A DNA stretch of 64,000 nucleotides from Candidatus Parcubacteria bacterium (lineage in GTDB: Bacteria; Patescibacteriota; Minisyncoccia; UBA6257; HR35). Positions 1 through 9,093 of the stretch are shown piece by piece. The stretch spans positions 208,750 to 272,749 of the forward strand of contig BPJG01000001.1 in the NCBI GenBank assembly GCA_026004495.1, written 5' to 3'. A model generated the notes under the pieces. The model did no database searches, was not told the origin of the DNA, and saw only the letters and a program-made list of their open reading frames with translations. The first letter of the stretch is position 1, and each line of letters begins with the position of its first letter. The position numbers were made by a program, and so were the translations under genes.

Positions 1-139
1 CTAAATTGCCAAAATATTGATGTGAAATTTCAAATCTACCAATACCGCCTAAATAATTAATACAATTATTATCAGCATTAACAAAAGAAAGGTTTGGATG
101 AACAATAATTAGAAAAAATAAAATTAAAAAATATCTCAT
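1..139 (-). CDS. 5' part of a putative secreted protein (runs off window start)
   Basis: ATG at 139, 2 nt after the rplK stop; manual translation MRYFLILFFLIIVHPNLSFVNADNNCINYLGG..., signal-peptide-like and open to position 1. Confidence 0.6.
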   Translation of the reverse strand, partial: MRYFLILFFLIIVHPNLSFVNADNNCINYLGGIGRFEISHQYFGNL

Positions 140-141
140 GG

Positions 142-564
142 TTATTCAATTTTTATCCCCATGCTTTTAGCCGTACCCTCAATTATTTTAATAGCTTGAT
201 CTAAATTATCAGTATTTAAATCAGGTAATTTTTCTTCAGCTATCTTTCTAACATCATCTGAGGTTAATCTACCTATAGTTTTTTTCCCTGGCAGCGAACT
301 TCCCTTTTCAATTTTTAGATATTTTTTGATTAAAGAGCTAACTGGAGGTTTTTTAAAAATTAATTCGAAAGATCTATCTTCATAAATTTTAATAATTACA
401 GGTATTTGCATTCCCCTAAAATCTTTTGTCATTTCATTAAACTTAGAACAAAATTCACCAATATTAATACCATGAGGAGCTAATGAGGGCCCAATAGGAG
501 GCGCTGGGGTTGCTTCACCTGCATTAATAATTAATTTAACCTCTGATTTTAATTTTTTAGCCAT
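142..564 (-). CDS. rplK: 50S ribosomal protein L11
   Basis: AGEATPAPPIGPSL, FCSKFN, GTAKSMGI motifs. Confidence 0.98.
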   Translation of the reverse strand: MAKKLKSEVKLIINAGEATPAPPIGPSLAPHGINIGEFCSKFNEMTKDFRGMQIPVIIKIYEDRSFELIFKKPPVSSLIKKYLKIEKGSSLPGKKTIGRLTSDDVRKIAEEKLPDLNTDNLDQAIKIIEGTAKSMGIKIE

Positions 565-1113
565 TTAAGAAATTTTTTTAACTTGTAAAATATCGACCTC
601 AACAGGTGTTTCTCGATTAAAAATAGAAACAATAATTTTTAATTTACCTTTCTCTTTATCTATATCTGCTACCTTGCCTTGCATACCCTTGAAAACTCCT
701 TGAGTTATTTGAACAAGATCATTAATATTAATATTCGTTTCATAAGTTAATTCTTCCTTATTAATTTTCTTTAATAATTCTTCAATTTCTTCTTTATTAA
801 CAGGAACTGGAGTTGTGCCAGTACCAATAAATCCTAAAACTTTTGGAGTATTTCTTACTAAATACCAAGAGTCATCAGTTACAATCATATCAATAAAAAC
901 ATAACCTGGATAAATTTTCTTTTCAATTAATTCTCTTTTGCCACCTCTAATCTCCCATATCTTTTCTTTAGGCACTAAAACATTAAAAATTTTATCTTTC
1001 ATATCAAAAGCTTCTGTTCGTTTCATAATAGATTCAGCAACTATATCTTCAAATCCTATAACTGTATGGATAGCATACCAAGATCTACCTAAAAATAATT
1101 TTTGCTTTGGCAT
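565..1113 (-). CDS. nusG: Transcription termination/antitermination factor NusG
   Basis: WYAIHT, YPGYVF, VRNTPKVLGFIG, C-terminal KOW with IFNRETPVEV. Confidence 0.98.
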   Translation of the reverse strand: MPKQKLFLGRSWYAIHTVIGFEDIVAESIMKRTEAFDMKDKIFNVLVPKEKIWEIRGGKRELIEKKIYPGYVFIDMIVTDDSWYLVRNTPKVLGFIGTGTTPVPVNKEEIEELLKKINKEELTYETNININDLVQITQGVFKGMQGKVADIDKEKGKLKIIVSIFNRETPVEVDILQVKKIS

Positions 1114-1224
1114 TGTTTTACCAATTAAATTATAAATAAATATAAATTTAAATAAAAAATAATTTATTTAAAAATTATAAAATAAAAATTATTTTTAGGC
1201 AATAATTTGATTTTAAATAAAACC

Positions 1225-3660
1225 TTAAGCAAAACTAGAAATATATTTATAACGAGCCTCTATTTCTTTTTCTATTTCTTCCTTGGATTTTCCATATTTT
1301 AACAATGAATATTCAATCATTTTTCGAGTTAGTTCAAAATTAGGTGATGATGGTTTAATTGTTTTTATGCTAAAAGCATCAGAAACATAACCATCTATTA
1401 ATAATTTAATATAAAGATGGTAATTAGGAATATTTACAAGGTCAATTTTAGAAAAAATTGGATAAAATTGTTTTTCTAAAAATTCAGCATCTTCACTACC
1501 AACCCTAAAGACAGTAATTGTACCAACATTACCAAATACAGCCGATGATATTTCTTCTGGTAATTGTTTGATATATTGATGAGCTAAAGTTAAAGATAGC
1601 CTATATTTTCGAGCTTCAGATAAAATAGAGGCTATACCCTTAAAGGCAAAATTTTGAAACTCATCAAGAAAAAGGTAAAAATCTTTTCTTTGTTCTTCGG
1701 GTAAATCAACCCTTGAAAAAGCAGCTGATAAAATTTTAGCTACTAAAATCATACCTAAAAGATAAGCACTGGTATCGCCAATTTTACCCTTCGAAAGATT
1801 AACTATCAAAATTTTTCTATTATCCATAAGATCACGAAAGTTAATTACTGACTTAGATTGAGCAATTATAGGTCTTACAAAATCATTAGTTATAAAAGGA
1901 TTTAACTTAGAGGTTATCCAAGTAATCATATTTTCTAAAGATAATTCACCACCGACAACTACAGCTTGCTTAGTCCAAAATTCAACTACAGGATAATTAG
2001 TACATTTAAGCAAAAGTTCACGTCTAAATTTTTCATCAACAAAAACTCTAGAAACTTCCATTAAGGTAAAACCCCAATCAGGGTTATCCATTATCAATAA
2101 AAGTGCGTTTCTTAAATATTGTTCAAACATTGGACCACCAGTTAAACTTAAGTTATATAACTTATCGATAATTTCAATTAAAGTATTAATGATAAAGGTT
2201 TTTTGCTCAGGAAAATTTTTATCATACTCTAAAATATTTAAACCTAAAGGACGAGAGATATCTCCAGGACTAAAATAAATTACATCATCTATTCTTTCTT
2301 TAGGTATTAAACCCATAATTTCTTGAGCAACATCACCATGAGGATCAATAAAGCAAATACCATCACCATTTTTTATATCTTGTTCAGCAATATTTTTTAA
2401 AAGAGTAGTTTTACCTGTTCCTGTTTGCCCAATCAGATAAATATGCCTTCGACGATCATTCTTTTTGATTCTTACTAACGCTCTAGCACCTTGGTAAATA
2501 CTTTCTCCTAAAATTGTTCCCTCAGAGGGTAAATTTGGTGGTGGGGGTGCGGTTCGAGCCAAAAGCCAATGGATAATAGGCGATTTGGTATAAGAGGTTG
2601 GCAAATGAATAATTGAGGCAATTTCTTCTGAATTTAAAATAATTTTTTGACTTCTATTAAAAATTCGAAACGAAAATTCATAAATAAATCTTAACATCTT
2701 TCCTCTTTTTACACGATGAATAATAAATTCATTTAATTGAGGATTTATATACTGATGAAAGGCTGATTCAGCTGTTGTTAATAATTCTTCAGCATCAAAA
2801 ATTGTATTCGAAGAAACACATAGTCTAATATTTACATCAAAAAATGGTTTCGTCATTTTATTTTCTAATTTTTTAATTAAATAATCATCAATAGGTTTTT
2901 GTCTTTCTTCTATTTCTTTTTTTTCTTTAGCCTCTTTCGAAGAAAATATATCGTGCAAAGAACTAAAGGGATTCTCCTTAAAATCTTTACCTTGTTTTAA
3001 TTTATCAATAATTTTTTTTATTTTCTTTGAATATTTAGTTCCTTTAGGGTAAATAATTACTTGATAAGACATACCCTCACCAACTTTTTTAAGTTTATTA
3101 AAAGAAGCCAAAAAACTATCTAGGGGATCATTAGTTCCTTGAGCAATTTCTTGATATGTTTTTATTGGCTTAAAATTATTATCCTTTAAATTAATATAAG
3201 AACCTAATGTTATTCCTTGAGGATTAAAAATATTATAATCTTCTTCTACCAATCTTGCTTCAGAACCAGGCCAAAAAGCTTTAATTGCCTTCTGAATAGG
3301 ATCAAAATACTTTTTAGGAATAGATATATAAAAAAATATTTCTTCGCCGTAGTGTGGCGTGGCAATTTCAAAAACAATAGGATATTTAAGCCTTGATAGG
3401 GTATTAAGGAAATTTTCAAAATTATTTATTTCATCAATTAATCTTGAAGTATGAGATTCAGTTTTAGGCAAGTAATGATATTTAGGTAGTTCAATTAAAA
3501 TCAGAGAGTAATTTAATGATAGCCTTACTCTTTTTAATTCTGAAAATTTTTTAAGATAAAGGACCGTTAAATAAATCACAAATAAACCAAGAATACCAAC
3601 AATTATAGCTGAAAAATAAACCACCGATAAAGAAAAGCTATAATTTTCTAAAAAACTCAT
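1225..3660 (-). CDS. Membrane-anchored VirD4/TraG/HerA-like P-loop ATPase (CPR-type)
   Basis: N-terminal TM; RRRHIYLIGQTGTGKT Walker A, IDPHGD, LFLDEFQNF Walker B, SEARKYRL, AVFGNVGT. Confidence 0.9.
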   Translation of the reverse strand: MSFLENYSFSLSVVYFSAIIVGILGLFVIYLTVLYLKKFSELKRVRLSLNYSLILIELPKYHYLPKTESHTSRLIDEINNFENFLNTLSRLKYPIVFEIATPHYGEEIFFYISIPKKYFDPIQKAIKAFWPGSEARLVEEDYNIFNPQGITLGSYINLKDNNFKPIKTYQEIAQGTNDPLDSFLASFNKLKKVGEGMSYQVIIYPKGTKYSKKIKKIIDKLKQGKDFKENPFSSLHDIFSSKEAKEKKEIEERQKPIDDYLIKKLENKMTKPFFDVNIRLCVSSNTIFDAEELLTTAESAFHQYINPQLNEFIIHRVKRGKMLRFIYEFSFRIFNRSQKIILNSEEIASIIHLPTSYTKSPIIHWLLARTAPPPPNLPSEGTILGESIYQGARALVRIKKNDRRRHIYLIGQTGTGKTTLLKNIAEQDIKNGDGICFIDPHGDVAQEIMGLIPKERIDDVIYFSPGDISRPLGLNILEYDKNFPEQKTFIINTLIEIIDKLYNLSLTGGPMFEQYLRNALLLIMDNPDWGFTLMEVSRVFVDEKFRRELLLKCTNYPVVEFWTKQAVVVGGELSLENMITWITSKLNPFITNDFVRPIIAQSKSVINFRDLMDNRKILIVNLSKGKIGDTSAYLLGMILVAKILSAAFSRVDLPEEQRKDFYLFLDEFQNFAFKGIASILSEARKYRLSLTLAHQYIKQLPEEISSAVFGNVGTITVFRVGSEDAEFLEKQFYPIFSKIDLVNIPNYHLYIKLLIDGYVSDAFSIKTIKPSSPNFELTRKMIEYSLLKYGKSKEEIEKEIEARYKYISSFA

Positions 3661-3669
3661 TTTGCTATT

Positions 3670-4050
3670 TTATATTATTTTTATTTTATTTTTTTTAACT
3701 AAAAATTTAAAGAAATGTCCTGCAAGTAAATCATGAAAGGTATCTATTAAATAAGGATTTTTTGTAGCAGCAATATACTGTAAACCATCAAAAATTCCTT
3801 TTTCTAAGACCAATTTTAATCCTGTTGATAAAACATTAGAAATTTCTTCAACTGACTGATGATGAATTTCTGCTTCTTTTTTAATTTCAGGCAATTCCTC
3901 AATTTCTTGATGGAGTTGTTTAATAAATTCCTTAAGTGAAGAATGAGCTTCCTCCTTTGTTAAATATTTCTTTTCTCTTAATTCTGATAATTTATGATGC
4001 TCTTCGAAATGTTTTAAAAATTCCTGTTCGCCTAAAAATTTCTCAACCAT
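3670..4050 (-). CDS. Hypothetical protein upstream of the ATPase
   Basis: 126-aa ORF, 9 nt from the ATPase start; NPYLIDTFHDLL motif. Confidence 0.75.
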   Translation of the reverse strand: MVEKFLGEQEFLKHFEEHHKLSELREKKYLTKEEAHSSLKEFIKQLHQEIEELPEIKKEAEIHHQSVEEISNVLSTGLKLVLEKGIFDGLQYIAATKNPYLIDTFHDLLAGHFFKFLVKKNKIKII

Positions 4051-4086
4051 TAAAAAATTATAAAGCCAGTTATAAAAATTTGTATT

Positions 4087-4752
4087 CTAAAATATTTTTT
4101 TGGCTTTTTTCATTCTCCAATTATTGATTTCTTTATGATTTCCAGAAAGAAGAATTTTAGGAACTTTTAATATTTTACCTTCTTTAGTTTTAAATATAGC
4201 CGGTCGAGTATAAACTGGCATACTATATAAACCAGGCAATCTTTTATCTTCTAAAGATAATGGATTTTTCAAAAAACCAGGTATATATCTTGAAATAGCA
4301 TCTACGATTATCATTGCTGGCAATTCTCCCCCTGTTAATATATAAGGACCAATATTAATAGACAAATCAACAATTTCTTTAACTCTTTCATCAACCCCTT
4401 CGTAATGACCACAAATTATTATGAAATGTTTATAGAAAATTAGTTTTTTAATTAGAGTATAGTTAAATTTTTTTCCTCTTAAATCTGTTAAGATAATTAT
4501 TTTAGGTTTAAGTTTTGATTTTTTTTTAAGAGATTCAATGGCTTTATATATAGGTTCAATTTTCAAAACCATTCCTGGACCTCCACCATAAGGATAGTCA
4601 TCTGTAATTTTAAATTTATTGTCGACAAAATCTCTCAAATTTACCAAATTTATTTTTATAATTCTATTTTTCTGAGCTTTTTTAAATAGAGAGGAATTAA
4701 AATAAGAAAATGCTTCAGGAAATAAAGTAATAATGTCAAATCTTACCATCAA
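4087..4752 (-). CDS. trmD: tRNA (guanine37-N1)-methyltransferase
   Basis: DDYPYGGGPGMVL, ICGHYEGVDERV, SINIGPYILTGGELPAM, YTRP. Confidence 0.98.
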   Translation of the reverse strand: MMVRFDIITLFPEAFSYFNSSLFKKAQKNRIIKINLVNLRDFVDNKFKITDDYPYGGGPGMVLKIEPIYKAIESLKKKSKLKPKIIILTDLRGKKFNYTLIKKLIFYKHFIIICGHYEGVDERVKEIVDLSINIGPYILTGGELPAMIIVDAISRYIPGFLKNPLSLEDKRLPGLYSMPVYTRPAIFKTKEGKILKVPKILLSGNHKEINNWRMKKAKKIF

Positions 4753-4764
4753 AATTTATGGCTT

Positions 4765-5070
4765 TTAATTTTTTAGTTCTTCAATAATTTGATCACTTTT
4801 TGTTTTTAATTGCTCAATTTTATCTGGTTCTTCTAATTTTATATTTAATCGAGCATGATTTTTTAAGCCTATGGCTTTCATTATTGTTTTAATGGCTTTT
4901 ATCATTTCTCCCCTACGACCAATAATTAGACCCATATCTTGAGGATGAGTTTTGATTTTTAAAAGAACACCTAGTTCATCGAGATGGCGAGTTATTTTAA
5001 CATAATCTGGGTTATTGACCAATGATTTTATTATAAACTCTAAAACAGTAATGTATTGTTGCTTATCCAT
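4765..5070 (-). CDS. khpA: KH-domain RNA-binding protein KhpA/YlqC
   Basis: LVNNPDYV...DMGLIIGRRGEMIKAIKT GxxG motif; adjacent to trmD. Confidence 0.9.
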   Translation of the reverse strand: MDKQQYITVLEFIIKSLVNNPDYVKITRHLDELGVLLKIKTHPQDMGLIIGRRGEMIKAIKTIMKAIGLKNHARLNIKLEEPDKIEQLKTKSDQIIEELKN

Positions 5071-5115
5071 TTCTCTCTCTTTCTAATATTTAATATCGAC
5101 ACTATATTTTCTTTT

Positions 5116-6618
5116 TTATTTTATTTTAACATTTATCTTAGAAATATCAAGAGGTAATTTATTTAACCAAGGAGGGAAAATTAATAATTCAGCTTTTTCG
5201 ATTGAACTATATTTATCAAGATAATTTTTAACACCCTTAACATCTTGACCGGCAATTTCAGCAGTTAATTTTTTAACATCTATATCTCCCTTAACCTCAA
5301 CTTCGCCACTCAAGGAAACTGTCATTTCTTTATTTTTTAAGAAATTAAAATTATCATTTATAGTAACTGAATTAATTTTCAAATTAACAATTTTAAAATT
5401 TATATCCTGCCTTAAATTTTGTTTTGAAATAATATCTTTTAAATACTCTTTAAGGTCATTCTCTTTAATCCCAATAGTTTTTAAAGTGCCAATTCCTGTA
5501 AAAATAATTTCATCAGCTTGTTGTCCTACATTATGCGAAACATTAACAATTTTAAAATCAAAAATACCTAAATCTTCAGGAAAAATATAATTAGAATACT
5601 TTATCTTTAGCTCTTGTTTGAGTATTTCACTAATTTGTTTTTCTAAATTTAGCTTACCATCGGTTATATCATCTAAAGAAACAATACGAACGCTTCCTTC
5701 TCCACCGGTAATTGGTTCTAATATCTTAACTTCAATTTTATTTTCCCAACTACTACCCTTAAGCCCAGGAATAGTAAAAGTAGTATTTAAATCTGTTAAA
5801 TAATATTTAGGATCATTTTTTTCAGCAAATATAGTTACTTCTTGATTTCCGCCTTTTTCTAAATTTACTCTTTCTAAGGTACGATAAATATTTCCTTCAC
5901 CTGTTTGAATTCTTGTACCCGGAACTAAAGAAATAGAATTTTCTAAATCTTTATTAATAAATTTGACTTTTCCTCGCAAAGAATTGCTGCCTGATTTTAA
6001 TCCTGAAGCTTTTTGTCTAATAGAATGATTCTTTATTATTTCAATATATTCAGCTGGAAATATTAAATTTTCCAAATCTGGCTTAACAACATTAGCGGAT
6101 AAAGTTATTGTTTCTTCTATAGGTTGTTTTTCTGTTTTAAGAATTATATTTAAATTAAAATAGGCTAAATATTTTACCAAAATAAAATAACCACCCAAAA
6201 TTATTAAAATTATAAAAATTCCCACTAGAGTTAAATTTTTATTATTTTTTTTATTTTTATTAACAGCTTGATCATAATTTTTTATGTTTTTAACAACAGG
6301 CTTAGATTTCTGCGGTGGTAAAATATCAGTAACAATTTTAGTTGCTTCATCGGGCCCGTAATCACTTAAAAATATATCTAAGCCATTAGCCCTAGCTAAA
6401 GAATTTATTCTTTCATCATCGCTATCAATATAAATTTTTTTTCGCAATTTATTTATTTCACTCCTCAATATAGAGATATTAGTAGAGTTTAAAAAACATT
6501 TAGTATTTCGGGGCACAACAATAATAATTTCTTTAGCCTGAATTTCTTTAAGAGCATCAATAACTTCACCCAATTCTTCTGTACCCTTTAAATAGATATA
6601 ATCTCTTTCCTCTGTCAT
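5116..6618 (-). CDS. CPR conserved membrane protein with baseplate-J-like extracellular domain
   Basis: Cytoplasmic N-domain, one TM, then G-V-F-N...LVPGTRI...FTIPGLKG...ITGG pattern and C-terminal PPWLNKLP. Confidence 0.65.
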   Translation of the reverse strand: MTEERDYIYLKGTEELGEVIDALKEIQAKEIIIVVPRNTKCFLNSTNISILRSEINKLRKKIYIDSDDERINSLARANGLDIFLSDYGPDEATKIVTDILPPQKSKPVVKNIKNYDQAVNKNKKNNKNLTLVGIFIILIILGGYFILVKYLAYFNLNIILKTEKQPIEETITLSANVVKPDLENLIFPAEYIEIIKNHSIRQKASGLKSGSNSLRGKVKFINKDLENSISLVPGTRIQTGEGNIYRTLERVNLEKGGNQEVTIFAEKNDPKYYLTDLNTTFTIPGLKGSSWENKIEVKILEPITGGEGSVRIVSLDDITDGKLNLEKQISEILKQELKIKYSNYIFPEDLGIFDFKIVNVSHNVGQQADEIIFTGIGTLKTIGIKENDLKEYLKDIISKQNLRQDINFKIVNLKINSVTINDNFNFLKNKEMTVSLSGEVEVKGDIDVKKLTAEIAGQDVKGVKNYLDKYSSIEKAELLIFPPWLNKLPLDISKINVKIK

Positions 6619-7892
6619 TATAATCCCCTAGAAACTTGTTGATGTTTTTTAAATAATTCTTCAAAAAATAATATGTCTTTTTCGGTTAAAAATATATTTC
6701 TTTCTCTTAAAATTTCTAAAGAAATATCTAACGGCAGACCATAAGAAGTATACATCATAAATAATTTTTCAACTAATTCTTTATTATCGTTATATTTAAC
6801 AATCTTATCAAATTTATCTAATCCTCTTATAAGTGTTTTTTCAAATCCTTTAAATTCAGTAAAGATTACATTAATAATTTTATCATAATTATTAAGATTT
6901 TCATATAAGGAAGAAAATTTATTTTTAATATCTAAAACAAAGCTTTCTATATAGTTAATTAAATTATTTTTTATTAATTTTAGCATTAATCTTCTTAATA
7001 TTCTTCTAAGTATATAACCTCTATCTAAATTACTGGGATAAATACCATCAGCGATTAAAAATACGCTACCTCTTAAATGATCAAGAATAATTCTTAAATC
7101 TCGAATAGAAATATCTGGTTTTTTAGAGATAATATCTGATCTTAGGGGTTCAAAAAGATCGGTTTCAAAAATAGTTTCTGTATTTTGGACAATTTTCATT
7201 AATCTTTCAAATCCCATTCCGGTATCAACTCCTGGCAATTCTAATTTATTTAATTTACCTTCTTGATTTTGATAATATTCATTGAATACCAAATTCCAAA
7301 CCTCAAGATTATTAATATAAATTTCAGTTGTTGGTCCACAGGGTCCTTCTTTACCAGTGGGCCCCCAAAAATTATCTTCACGCCCAAATGCTTTAATATT
7401 TTTATCATCAAAGCCTATCTTTTTCCAAATTTGATAAGAAGTATCATCATAGGGAATTTTATTTTCGCCCTTAAAAATTGTTACATAATCTATTCTTAGC
7501 CCTAATTCTTTATTTAAAAATTCATAGGCCCAAAAAATTGCTGAATTCTTAAAATAACCTGAAAAAGAATAATCACTTGGATCATCGCTACCGAGAGGTC
7601 CAAAAGAAAAATTGCCTAACATTTCAAAAAAAGTTAAATGTCTTTCATCACCAATTTCATCAATATCCGTAGTTCGAAAACATTTTTGAATGCTAATTAA
7701 TCTTCGAGTGCCAAAATCATTAAGGGCATCTTTCTTGCCAATAAAATAATCCTTAAATTGTTGCATTCCAGCAGTAGTTAAAAGAACTGAGGAATCATTT
7801 TCAGGAATTAAAGATGACGAAGGAACCCACCTATGTCCCCTATTTTGAAAAAAATTAATGAATATTTTTCTAATTTCTTCTGAATTTATCAT
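6618..7892 (-). CDS. alaS: Alanyl-tRNA synthetase, aminoacylation domains only (no editing or C-Ala domain)
   Basis: LLTTAGMQQFK, QKCFRT, RHLTFFEMLGNFSFG, GPCGPTTEI, VDTGMGFERL, RGYILRRILRR; ends at aa 424. Confidence 0.95.
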   Translation of the reverse strand: MINSEEIRKIFINFFQNRGHRWVPSSSLIPENDSSVLLTTAGMQQFKDYFIGKKDALNDFGTRRLISIQKCFRTTDIDEIGDERHLTFFEMLGNFSFGPLGSDDPSDYSFSGYFKNSAIFWAYEFLNKELGLRIDYVTIFKGENKIPYDDTSYQIWKKIGFDDKNIKAFGREDNFWGPTGKEGPCGPTTEIYINNLEVWNLVFNEYYQNQEGKLNKLELPGVDTGMGFERLMKIVQNTETIFETDLFEPLRSDIISKKPDISIRDLRIILDHLRGSVFLIADGIYPSNLDRGYILRRILRRLMLKLIKNNLINYIESFVLDIKNKFSSLYENLNNYDKIINVIFTEFKGFEKTLIRGLDKFDKIVKYNDNKELVEKLFMMYTSYGLPLDISLEILRERNIFLTEKDILFFEELFKKHQQVSRGL

Positions 7893-7899
7893 TATCTAT

Positions 7900-8988
7900 T
7901 TAAAAAAATTTATTTTTTATTATTCCCCCACCTAATAAAATAATGTGATTTTTTAATGAATTATCAACCTGATCGCCATTAATATAAAAAACTGAACTTT
8001 GACCCAGGGCTATACCTTTTATTTTTTTGCTAAAAATAACACTCTTATCTTCTAAATTTAAAATTCCTGAAACAAGTGGTTGACGGTAACGACAACGAAC
8101 AAAAATATTAATTTTATTATTTTTACATATTTTTGAAATAATTTTTTCCCCAATCAATAAGTTTAATGATTTAAGCCTTATTCTGGATGTGAAAAGTATT
8201 TCTTCATTTTCTTTAGCTACTATCAATTTATTATTTTTAATATCCTTTAAGGCAACATAATAAGGACCACCACCTGTTTTAATATCTAATCCATGCCTTT
8301 GCCCCTCAGTAAAGAAATAATAACCCGAATGATAACCTAAGATATTATTCTGACTATCTACTATTGTACCTGAATATATCGGCAAATATTCTTCAAGAAA
8401 ATTTCTTAGTCTTATCTTTCCCAAAAAACATATTCCCTGGCTATCTTTTTTACAAGCATTAGACAAATTATTTTCTATTGCTAGTTGTCTAACTTCTGAT
8501 TTTAAATAATCTCCTAGCGGGAAAATAATATTTTTTAGATAATTTTTATTTATTTGCCACAAAAAATAGGTTTGATCCTTATTGGTATCTTTAGGAATGG
8601 CAATGAAATAATTATTTTCTAATTTAATAATCTTAGCATAATGACCACTGGCAATAAATTTAATATTAATTCTTCTTAAAAAATCTAATACATAACCAAA
8701 TTTTATTTGGCTATTACAAAGAACATCAGGATTAGGAGTAAAACCTCGACTATATTCTTTAATCATCTCTAAGGCAATTGTTTTTTGATAATCTTCACTA
8801 ATATCCAAAGTATAAATTGGAAAATCTAATTTTTCAGCTACCAAACGAGCATCTAATTCATCTTGAGGGTTACAAAACTTAGATATTTTTAAATGAATAC
8901 CAATCACCTCATAGTTTAGACCCTTTAATAGTAAAGCAGAAACTGAGGAATCTACTCCACCTGACATTAAGATGGCAATTTTTTTCAT
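7900..8988 (-). CDS. mnmA: tRNA 2-thiouridylase MnmA
   Basis: MSGGVDSSV, TPNPDVLCN, ASGHYA, KDQTYFL, KKDSQGICF. Confidence 0.97.
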   Translation of the reverse strand: MKKIAILMSGGVDSSVSALLLKGLNYEVIGIHLKISKFCNPQDELDARLVAEKLDFPIYTLDISEDYQKTIALEMIKEYSRGFTPNPDVLCNSQIKFGYVLDFLRRINIKFIASGHYAKIIKLENNYFIAIPKDTNKDQTYFLWQINKNYLKNIIFPLGDYLKSEVRQLAIENNLSNACKKDSQGICFLGKIRLRNFLEEYLPIYSGTIVDSQNNILGYHSGYYFFTEGQRHGLDIKTGGGPYYVALKDIKNNKLIVAKENEEILFTSRIRLKSLNLLIGEKIISKICKNNKINIFVRCRYRQPLVSGILNLEDKSVIFSKKIKGIALGQSSVFYINGDQVDNSLKNHIILLGGGIIKNKFF

Positions 8989-9093
8989 TTTATCTATTAT
9001 TTAATATTAATATTCTTTTAAGGTTAAAATTTTAATTAAATAATTATAATTAAAAATTGAACAATTTTAAAGTTGTTTAATAACTAAACAAAA

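Noticed and set aside
1225-6618. Conjugative element or prophage (VirD4-like and baseplate-like genes)
   Set aside because: No integrase, relaxase, terminase, capsid or att repeats; the genes are embedded among housekeeping genes
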